A stretch of 64,000 bases of DNA, taken from an uncultured Actinomycetota bacterium (GTDB taxonomy: Bacteria; Actinomycetota; Actinomycetes; JAHEKZ01). The stretch's first letter is position 1; each line of letters opens with the position of its first letter. Location of the stretch: assembly GCA_963829525.1 (NCBI GenBank), contig CAWHIJ010000003.1, forward strand, positions 1,152,001 through 1,216,000, given 5' to 3'. This document shows positions 40,818 through 48,997 of this stretch, piece by piece. Position numbers and translations under genes: made by a program. The notes below the pieces were generated by a model, which was given only the letters and a program-made list of their open reading frames with translations, did not search any database and was not told the origin of the DNA.

Positions 40818-42787
40818 TCAGGTCGTGAGGACTTGCTCAGCCGATCCGTTGGCTTCCGGTCGGCACACCCGGCGCACCCGCACGACCTGGGCTACCAGAA
40901 TGGTCAAGACGATGATGACCAGCCCAAAGAGTGTGAAGGCCAAGGCTCTTCCTACCCCAGCTAGAGCTCGTGGAGGCGGAGGAGAGTAGAGCGAAGCAGC
41001 CTCGGTGACGTCGAGGCTCGTCGTTCCGGTCACGGGATCCCCGTAAATGTCGGGCAGGTAGGTGGCTGAGATGGTTCGAGGCCCAGTGACTGCTGCTACA
41101 TACGTCACTGCAGCAGTTCCGGTGTCGTCAGTCTCGATACCGCCGAGTGGAACCTGATTGTCACCTGGAGCGAACATCGACGTGCTTTCGTAGAAGTTCA
41201 CCAGCGCACCCGCAACAGGGCTTCCCATCCGCGGTAACCGTCGCCGTGACGGTGTTATCGAGCCCATCTTCGACTGCGACCACCTTGATGATGGGTTTCT
41301 TCGCGGCGCCGGTCGCGATGGAAGGGCCGGACGCGGCGTAGGCAGGTTCTGCTTTGGTGACACCCATTGCGCCGAGCGCGACCATGAGCAAGATCACCGC
41401 TCCCAAAGCGCCAGCCGCTTGTCCGTGTGAGGATCTGCCAGAGATAGCAGGCTCGGGAACTGGCACGTTGGCTTCGCCCGTCACCTCCTGCATCTCAGCG
41501 ATGGACAGCAACGGAAAGACGCGGAACAGGAGCATCAACAGCAGCGGAATCGCGGCAACGCCACCGAGGGTCACCGCTATCGAGACCCAGGTGAACTGGA
41601 AGAGATCGCCGAAGGAGTTCGTCAGTCGGTCGTAGCCGGAGGTCTCGATCACCATAGTGACCCGTTTGATCCACATTGCGATTACGACGAGAACGGCTGC
41701 GACGACGATGCCCCAGATGTTCCTTGTCCAAGGAAGGGCAAGGATCACGATGGGCAGGATCGTTCCTGCGACGAGGAAGAGCCAGAACCAAACGGCAACG
41801 CCTCCGAGCAGCATGCCGCAGATGATCTGGGTGGGACCGGCTTCCCCGACGTAGGCGCTGGGGAGCAGGTCGGCGAAGGTCAGGTAGACGTACACCGCAC
41901 CGAGCGCCACCATCAGGTACCCAAGTCGCACGAAGTGCTTCTCGGTGATGAAGCCCTCCAGGTGGTAGCCGCGTCGGAACCCTGCGGTGACGAGGATGAC
42001 CAGGGCAACCCCGGAGTAGAGAGCTGCGATCACGAAGTAGGGAGCCCAAATACTCTCGTGCCAACCGGGTCGACTGACAAGGGCGAACGCCCAAGCCAAC
42101 ACAGAGTGCACCGAGACAGCCAGCGGAATGATGACGATCGCAACGATGATCATCGCGGAGTGGAGCACTCGGCGCTGTTCCATCGAGCCGACCCAGCCCC
42201 GAGAAATGAACCGATACACAAAGCGACGTCCGCGTCCGAGCTCATCGGGATGTGAGTCCAGAAGGGTCGCGGTGTCGGGTACCAGCGGGAGCAGGAAGAA
42301 GACGAACGTGGCAAAGGTGTACGTGAGGATCGCCACCATGTCCCAGAACACTGGCGAAGCGATGTTGGCATGGGTCACCATGCCAAGGAGTCGATCGGGC
42401 CGGCCCAGGTGCGGAATGATGAAGGCGGCCCCGACAATGACCGTGACGAGAGCCATACCTTCTGCCAGACGTACCAACGGCGCCCGCCATGAGGCCCCGG
42501 TCAAGCAGGAGGATGGCCGACACCACGGCACCGCCGTAGGAGACCCCGATGATGGCGACGACGTCGGCAATGTAGATGGCCCAGAACGACCTGTCTGTGT
42601 AGCCGGCCACCCCCATGCCCTGTGACAGCTGATAGATCCACGCGGCGAGACCGATGACGACGAGAATGCTCAACAACGCGACGGCAATCCAGAACCTCTT
42701 GCTTGCGGGTCGGAAGGGTCGCATCGCGGCCTCGACGACGTCCGTCTGCGTGGTCGTCACCATGGTTGATTCAAGGACGCCGCTCAT
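40818..42787 (-). CDS. NrfD/PsrC family (ActC-like) membrane protein with C-terminal Ig-like domain; +1 frameshifts near 42507 and 41219
   Basis: Restored SAILRLTGASWR, HLGRP, SPVFWD, SVHSV, PGWH, PYFV; then DGKPVAGALVNF Ig-like motif and final TM. Confidence 0.85.
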
Positions 42788-43689
42788 TGCACACCTGTCA
42801 AGGGTCCACCGACCGGCTGACCGTTGCCGGGGATGTAGTAGCACCGCGGATTGGTACCCAGCTCCTCCTTGAAGCGCACTGCGTTGCCCTCGCGAAGGAA
42901 TGTCGAAAGCCTGACGGTCGTCTGGCCGTTGACGGCCACGTCCGTGACGAGGTCACCGATGAAGTGAGCGCCTCGGGGGCACGCTTCAACGCACGCCGGT
43001 AGATCGTTGCTGTAGGGGATGCGGTCGGCGCATAGGACGCACTTGCCAACAGTTCCGATTTGGTTGGTTGGGAACTCTGGCGTATTCGGTGACGGCGCCG
43101 GCATCCGGTTCGTCGGTGCTGGCCCGTTCCAGTTGAAGTAGCGGGCTTCGTAGGGGCAAGCTGCCATGCAGGCCCGAGAGCCGATGCACAGGTCTTGGTC
43201 GACGAGGACGACTCCTTGGTCGGTCTTGGTCGTCGCGCTGACGGGGCAGACGTTCAGACAGGGCGGGTTCTGGCACATCTGGCACATCACCGGCATGAAG
43301 AACTCGTCACCGGATTCGTCGTGCCACGACAAGGTGCGCATCCAGGTCTGTTCAGGAGGTAGCCCGTGGCGCTCTTGGCAGGCAGCAACGCACTTGCGCT
43401 CTCCCTTGCAGGCTCTCAGATCGACGACCCGGCACCATTGGTGCTCCTCCCCGCTGGTGCCGTCTGCGGGCGCCGCCTGGGCCTCGTCCCGATAGGCGAT
43501 GAGTCCCAGGGAGCTCCCGGCGGCCGCGACGCCGGCCAAACCCAAGCCCCGAAGCAGATTGCGCCGGGACATGTCCAACGCCTCTCCTTCCGGGGTGACC
43601 CCGAGACTTTCAGGGGGCTTTCCGACCGGGGTGAGTCCGAGGTCCACATGAGGGCCATGACGCTTACCGCTACCGGACTGTCTGGTCAT
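42784..43689 (-). CDS. Tat-exported Fe-S protein (NrfC/ActB C-terminal/DsrO family)
   Basis: SRRNLL Tat motif; four Cys groups; FKEELGTNPRCYY. Confidence 0.9.
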   Translation of the reverse strand: MTRQSGSGKRHGPHVDLGLTPVGKPPESLGVTPEGEALDMSRRNLLRGLGLAGVAAAGSSLGLIAYRDEAQAAPADGTSGEEHQWCRVVDLRACKGERKCVAACQERHGLPPEQTWMRTLSWHDESGDEFFMPVMCQMCQNPPCLNVCPVSATTKTDQGVVLVDQDLCIGSRACMAACPYEARYFNWNGPAPTNRMPAPSPNTPEFPTNQIGTVGKCVLCADRIPYSNDLPACVEACPRGAHFIGDLVTDVAVNGQTTVRLSTFLREGNAVRFKEELGTNPRCYYIPGNGQPVGGPLTGVQ

Positions 43690-43725
43690 CGTTTCCTCCA
43701 AGTCGTCCGATGTTCTGGCACCTCT

Positions 43726-43796
43726 TCAGTGTGTTTGCCGCAAGGAGGTGGCACATCGGTGTATCCCGCTGAGGCCGATAGGTGTTATTACCTACT
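43726..43796 (-). promoter_or_regulatory. 71-bp regulatory element, copy 1 (faces Fe-S/NrfD operon)
   Basis: Inverted homolog of 46173-46243; 23 bp identical core plus TAGGTGTTATTACCTA. Confidence 0.85.
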
Positions 43797-43900
43797 CAGC
43801 GCGATCCGGCCCGGGCGCGCCCACGGCGTAGGCTTGGCCTGACCGGTACCGCGTCCGTCGCGGCGGCCAAGGGAAAGCGGCCTGTTGACGAAGGGAGCGC

Positions 43901-44572
43901 ATGGATCACTCCGAAGAACCAGAGAGCGGCATCCGGGTACTCATCGTTGATGACCACCCCCTCTTCCGGGCAGGCATCCGGGAACGGCTCGAGGTGGTGG
44001 ACGGTCCCATCGTGGTAGTTGGCGAGGCTGAGGACGGGCTGCAGGCCCACAGCCTGGTCGGAAGCTTGCGACCCGACGTGATGCTCATCGACATTTCTAT
44101 GCCGGGCATGAACGGCATCGACGCCACCCGAATGATCCATGCCGACTTCCCCGACGTCAGCATCATCATTCTCTCTGTCCATGACGACGATCAGTACGTG
44201 CACGCGGCCCTGGATGCCGGAGCCAGCGGCTACCTCCTAAAGACTATTGAGGCCTCCGAGTTGCGGGGATTCATCGTTGGGGCGGCTCGAGGAGAGTCCG
44301 CCTTGTCGCCACCTATTGCGCGCAAGGTGCTCACACTCTTGTCGGGCCCTCCCGAAGACACAAACAAACTGAGCGAGCGCGAGCGGCAAGTCCTCGAGCT
44401 TGTTGCCCGTGGCGCAGCAAACAAGACAATCGCCAAAGAACTGTCCATGAGCACCCGAACCGTCGAGGCCCACATGCGAAACATCTTCGAGAAGTTGGGA
44501 GTGTCTTCGCGCACTGAGGCAGTCACCCAGGCCGTCCGCCACCAATGGATTCAGCTCGCCGATGTCGACTGA
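43901..44572 (+). CDS. NarL/LuxR family response regulator
   Basis: VDDHPLFR, DISMP, GYLLK, LSERE...STRTVEAH. Confidence 0.95.
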   Translation: MDHSEEPESGIRVLIVDDHPLFRAGIRERLEVVDGPIVVVGEAEDGLQAHSLVGSLRPDVMLIDISMPGMNGIDATRMIHADFPDVSIIILSVHDDDQYVHAALDAGASGYLLKTIEASELRGFIVGAARGESALSPPIARKVLTLLSGPPEDTNKLSERERQVLELVARGAANKTIAKELSMSTRTVEAHMRNIFEKLGVSSRTEAVTQAVRHQWIQLADVD

Positions 44573-46154
44573 TACGGCGACCATTACGCCAGCTGCCCAG
44601 GCCCTGACAACGGACGACTCCGGAACATCTGGATCGAAGATTCGGACGATCCTCGCGAGCATTCCGGTACGCGACTATCGGTTCTGGATCGTGCAACTGT
44701 TGCTCATTCTGATCAACGTCGCTCACCTCCTCCTGGAGGAAACCCACGTTCTCGGGGGCGACTGGGCGTTGGATCTGCTGGCGATATCGGTGCTCTTGAT
44801 ACCCGTCGTTTACTCGGCGCTCGTTTTTGGGCTCGGAGGTGCAATTCCCACAGCACTCTGGGCCTTTGTGCTCTCTCTCCCTGAGATCAGCACCCACAAC
44901 TGGCCGATCAGGATGGGAATCTTGGTCCAGTTCGGAATTGTTAGCGCGATCGGCATCATCGTTGGCGTCCGCGTTGATCGAGAGGCCGCAGCAAAGCGCA
45001 CAGCGGATCAGGCGAACTTGCGCCTCTCTCGACTGAACGCAACCGCCGCCGCTGTTGCTGCCTCCTTGGATTTGGAGCATGTACTCAGAGGCACGCTCCG
45101 TGCGACCCTCGATGGCCGAAGGCAGCAAGTCGTCTGGGTGCGAACACTCGCTATGCCCCACACCTCCGGGCTCACGATCATCGATGCCAGTCTGACCGAG
45201 CCGCCCCGGCAACTTGATCGCGTCCAGGAGGGACTCACGCTTGCGGCCTGCCTCACCGGGCTTGAACAACGCGACACCACGGGGGGAACCGACGCTCGAA
45301 CGATCGTGGTCGCCCTGAAGACAGGAGAGCGTACCTTCGGGGCCATCGGCCTCACCCAGACCGACGATGCCCTCCTGCGTGATGAGTGCAACGTTCTCGG
45401 CGCTGTTGCAAATCAGCTCAGTGTGGCCCTCAACAACATCTTCGATCACGCCAGCACGCGCGAGGCACTGTCGGACCTAGCCGATACCAAGCGAAATCTT
45501 GAGACGTACATCGAGCTTGCTACCGAAGCCCAGGAAGCGGAACGAAAGCGTCTTTCGCGTGAGCTTCACGACGACGTCCTGCAGTCACTGGCTGTTGCCA
45601 AGGCCCAGATTGATGCGGTGGGCCCACACGGAGCTTCTGAGGAAACAAGGGGGCGCTTGCTTGGGGTGCAAGAGATCCTTGCCACGACAATCGGCAGTGT
45701 GCGGCGGTATTGCAAAGATCTGCGGCCGTCCCTGCTCGACGATCTCGGACTGATCGATGCCATCAGCTGGCTCGTCTCGGAGTTGCGGGCGCGAACAGAC
45801 CTCTCGGTCGACATGGTTGTCACGGGGTCACGTCAGCGGCTAGGGGAACGTGACGAACTTCTCATCTTTCGGGTAGTGCAAGAAGCACTTCGCAACGTCG
45901 AACGGCACGCGGATGCGACATATGTGCGGGTTGGTCTGGACTTCTGCGACGACAAGCTCACGGTGGTCATCGAAGACAATGGGAAGGGAATGGGTCTCAA
46001 TAGCGAGACGGCAAAACCGTCATGGGAGGCGGGTCTTGGACTGCGCGGCATGGACGAGCGCACGAAGTTGCTGAAGGGGATGCTTGTGACGAAGAGCGGA
46101 CCTGGTGCGGGCACGAAGATTGCGCTGACTGTTGCCCTCTTTGCGGACGAGTAG
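44562..46154 (+). CDS. Membrane sensor histidine kinase (HisKA_3, GAF-like)
   Basis: 4 TM, ERKRLSRELHDD, QEALRNVERH, GLGLRGM. Confidence 0.93.
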   Translation: MSTDTATITPAAQALTTDDSGTSGSKIRTILASIPVRDYRFWIVQLLLILINVAHLLLEETHVLGGDWALDLLAISVLLIPVVYSALVFGLGGAIPTALWAFVLSLPEISTHNWPIRMGILVQFGIVSAIGIIVGVRVDREAAAKRTADQANLRLSRLNATAAAVAASLDLEHVLRGTLRATLDGRRQQVVWVRTLAMPHTSGLTIIDASLTEPPRQLDRVQEGLTLAACLTGLEQRDTTGGTDARTIVVALKTGERTFGAIGLTQTDDALLRDECNVLGAVANQLSVALNNIFDHASTREALSDLADTKRNLETYIELATEAQEAERKRLSRELHDDVLQSLAVAKAQIDAVGPHGASEETRGRLLGVQEILATTIGSVRRYCKDLRPSLLDDLGLIDAISWLVSELRARTDLSVDMVVTGSRQRLGERDELLIFRVVQEALRNVERHADATYVRVGLDFCDDKLTVVIEDNGKGMGLNSETAKPSWEAGLGLRGMDERTKLLKGMLVTKSGPGAGTKIALTVALFADE

Positions 46155-46172
46155 CCGCCGTTAGTTTTCGTC

Positions 46173-46243
46173 AGTAGGTGATAACACCTAGCAAATTCGC
46201 GGGATACACCGATGTGCCACCAACCTGCGGCGATTGACACTGA
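46173..46243 (+). promoter_or_regulatory. 71-bp regulatory element, copy 2 (faces lipoprotein gene)
   Basis: TAGGTG-ATAA-CACCTA palindrome plus GCGGGATACACCGATGTGCCACC. Confidence 0.85.
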
Positions 46244-46289
46244 GGGAGACATCGGTAGGCCTTAGCTACTGACCGACTCAAGGAGCGTA

Positions 46290-46718
46290 ATGCGAAACTC
46301 AAAAGTGTTAGCCGGGCTTGTGGCGGCTGCCGCCCTGGTGACTCTTGTGGCGTGCAGCAGTGACGACACCACGTCGTCGGGAGCATCAGGCGACACAACC
46401 AGCGCTTCACCAACCGGAACCACGCCGGAAGATCTACGTACCTCGGACGCAGCGGTTGCGCAGGGGATGAACGACATCAACAAGCTCGCCGCGGATATCG
46501 CCGCAGCGCCAGCAGCGCAGGGCAAGACGCTGTCCGATGGCATTGAACCCTTGTGGCAGCCGATCGAGGGTACGGTGCAGGAGAACAGCCAGGAGACCTA
46601 CGACGCGTACGAAGGCGCATTCACGCTGCTGGAGTCTGGCGACGTGACGAAGGCAGCGGAGGGCGCGAAGGCAGTAGACGAGGCGACCACCGCTTACCTC
46701 GAGCAGTTCCCCGGGTAG
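46290..46718 (+). CDS. Lipoprotein of unknown function, acidic helical domain
   Basis: AAGGAG RBS; lipobox LVAC; Ser/Thr linker; WQPIEGTV...YDAYE. Confidence 0.85.
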   Translation: MRNSKVLAGLVAAAALVTLVACSSDDTTSSGASGDTTSASPTGTTPEDLRTSDAAVAQGMNDINKLAADIAAAPAAQGKTLSDGIEPLWQPIEGTVQENSQETYDAYEGAFTLLESGDVTKAAEGAKAVDEATTAYLEQFPG

Positions 46719-46859
46719 TTCACGCAAGGACTGTGTGCTCCTCGCCTCCGTGGCGGTCAAGGGCTCGGCGTCGCTGTCAAGCAAGTGGCAGCGACGTCGG
46801 GCCCTTTGCTTGTCGAATCAAGGGACCCACCCTGGTTCGCAAACTGCGTTCCGTGCACC

Positions 46860-48332
46860 CTACTCCGGGCTATTCGCTGCCTCCCCGCCGATTTCGTAGG
46901 GCGTGGTGTACCCGGCGTACATCAGGTGAGCCAGTAGTCCCTGACTGGCATGTGGCAGGTTGTGGCAGTGGTCAACCCAGATGCCTGGGTTGTCTGCCAC
47001 GAACGCGATGTCGTATGTCTCTCCGTCACGGACATTCAGCGAGTCCACCCACCAGGGGCTGCCCGTTGCTGGCTGCCCATTCCTGGCAAGCACAACGGCG
47101 TGATGACCGTGCAGATGCATGGGGTGCACCTCGCCGCTGTTGTTCACGATCTCCATGCGGACGATGTCACCCTCCTCCACCATGAACATCGGTACGTCCG
47201 GGTAGAGGTGGCCGTTCACTGTCCACCAGAGTCCCGGCCTGCCATCGAGGAAACCGGGGCGACGGTCGACGACGTACTCGAACTCGCGGGTGGGCCGTTC
47301 CGGATCAAAGCCGAGCGATGATGGCGAGCCGTAGTTCAGAAAGTCGACGAAATCCTGCGGTATGGGGGTTTCTGCAACGTCCGCAGCACCAGAACCCAAG
47401 AGGATGGCACTGTTGCCACCCAGCTCGACGCGTGCTCCAGAGTCTGGGATGACGATCTCGAGGTCGGCGCGTCCACCGGCTGTCACGAGTACCGCCGCAC
47501 CGTCCACGGTGTCCGGCTGATGGACGTCGTAACCATCGACGGCGACCACTCGGTAATCGGCGCCACTGACCCACACCGACATCGGACCATTGTCGGTGTT
47601 GATGACCCGCACTCTCGCGGTCTGTCCCGGTGCGGAGTCCACCGCGACGTCACCTTCGTCGCCGTTGACAGTGCGCACCCCGTCGTAGATGTGAACGAGT
47701 GCGGGAACGTCCACGACATCGGCGGACGCCTTCTTGGCCTCGGGACTGACGATGACCGCCCCTAGAAGGCCCCCGAGGACCTGCTCGTGGGAAAGCTGGT
47801 GTGAGTGGTACCAGTAGGTTCCGGCCCGGTCTGCGTAGAAGCGGTATGTGAAGGAGCCTCCTTCAGGGACTTCATCCTGCGTAACGCCGGCCACCCCGTC
47901 CATCGGGTTGGGAACATCGACGCCGTGCCAGTGCAGTGTGACGCCCTGCGGGACCGACTCGTTGACGAGGTTCACCTCAACGAGGTCTCCCCTTGTCGCC
48001 TGGATCGTCGGGCCGGGGGACTGCCCATTGACGGTGTAGCCGTCGACCTCTCGACCTGACTCCAGGGTGAAGGTCTCCTGGCGCACGACCAGGTCGACGG
48101 CGACATCTGCCTTCACACCTGCGGGCACTCCGAGGTCGGTGATGCTGACCGCGTCCGAGCCCATGTGCCCGCCGGCATCGTGGCTGCTCGGCCCTCCGCC
48201 GTAGTCGGTGTAACCCATCTCCATCACGGAGTACTCGCCTGGCAGAAGGCTTGACCACCACAGCCACGCAAGCGGCAGAACGATCACGGTCGTGGCAAGG
48301 AGAGCCAGCACCGATCGCCGTCGAGCGCTCAC
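46860..48332 (-). CDS. Membrane-anchored multicopper oxidase
   Basis: HWHG, YWYHSH, HPMHLHGH, HCHNLPH. Confidence 0.94.
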   Translation of the reverse strand: MSARRRSVLALLATTVIVLPLAWLWWSSLLPGEYSVMEMGYTDYGGGPSSHDAGGHMGSDAVSITDLGVPAGVKADVAVDLVVRQETFTLESGREVDGYTVNGQSPGPTIQATRGDLVEVNLVNESVPQGVTLHWHGVDVPNPMDGVAGVTQDEVPEGGSFTYRFYADRAGTYWYHSHQLSHEQVLGGLLGAVIVSPEAKKASADVVDVPALVHIYDGVRTVNGDEGDVAVDSAPGQTARVRVINTDNGPMSVWVSGADYRVVAVDGYDVHQPDTVDGAAVLVTAGGRADLEIVIPDSGARVELGGNSAILLGSGAADVAETPIPQDFVDFLNYGSPSSLGFDPERPTREFEYVVDRRPGFLDGRPGLWWTVNGHLYPDVPMFMVEEGDIVRMEIVNNSGEVHPMHLHGHHAVVLARNGQPATGSPWWVDSLNVRDGETYDIAFVADNPGIWVDHCHNLPHASQGLLAHLMYAGYTTPYEIGGEAANSPE

Positions 48333-48363
48333 CGCCAGGTCATCGCGTCACGTGGAGGTTTCC

Positions 48364-48801
48364 CTAGGCGGGAATCTCAGCGCCGGTTTGCACCCGCTTA
48401 CCCGCCATGACGGCGAGTGAGAACAACAGGAGTGCGTTGAGACCGTGGAAGATGCCGAAGACAGCGTTCTCATGTCCGAAGAGGCCGAGTGCTACCTGGA
48501 CGATCACCGCGAGGACGACGAAGCCTGCCCACTTGACGCCTCCGGGGACTTTCGCAAAGAACGACACGACGAGGAACACCAAGGCGATCAAGGGAATGAG
48601 CATCATTCCGTTCATGCCGTGGATGGCGAAGCCGACGACGCCAGGGAAGTTGAGGTCGCTCTCCATGGATGCCTTGTCGAGTACTCCACCGTTCTTGTCG
48701 ACCCAGACGCCCAGGCCAAAGATGGCGTAGGCGACCGCCGCCGCTTGAATGGCGACCTCGGCGGCGATGACGTACGCAATGACGCGATAGGCAGATCTCA
48801 T
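48364..48801 (-). CDS. 4-TM membrane protein with intramembrane His residues
   Basis: AIHGMNG, FGHE, FHGLNA. Confidence 0.75.
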   Translation of the reverse strand: MRSAYRVIAYVIAAEVAIQAAAVAYAIFGLGVWVDKNGGVLDKASMESDLNFPGVVGFAIHGMNGMMLIPLIALVFLVVSFFAKVPGGVKWAGFVVLAVIVQVALGLFGHENAVFGIFHGLNALLLFSLAVMAGKRVQTGAEIPA

Positions 48802-48848
48802 GGAGGGCCCCCTCGGGCGAGATCGTTGTTGATGTGTGGGGTGATCAC

Positions 48849-48862
48849 GGGCCTAAAGACCA
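48849..48862. promoter_or_regulatory. DosR/OsdR-like box upstream of membrane protein-multicopper oxidase operon
   Basis: GGGCCTAAAGACCA, 11 of 14 to GGGACTAAAGTCCC. Confidence 0.5.
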
Positions 48863-48997
48863 GATGATCTTGGTCGCAAGGTAGAGGGTTCGAGGCGTGA
48901 AGACAAGGAATTTCGCGGATCCTGCTCGACGCCTAGAGGCCCGCACCAGAGATACGGTTGGTCATCATGGTGACCGCGAACATTGGACCCCACCGCG

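Noticed and set aside
41195-41225. CCGC cysteine cluster at the end of the 469-aa ORF as a metal site
   Set aside because: It arises from the +1 frameshift; the corrected frame reads KPVAGALVNF.
43726-46243. Inverted repeats as transposon terminal inverted repeats
   Set aside because: No transposase is enclosed, no target-site duplication is evident, and identity is patchy and concentrated in operator-like motifs.
46360-46410. ApbE flavinylation motifs (SGAS, TSAS) in the lipoprotein
   Set aside because: Asp spacing does not fit DxxSGAT, the motifs lie in a low-complexity linker, and there is no apbE in the window.
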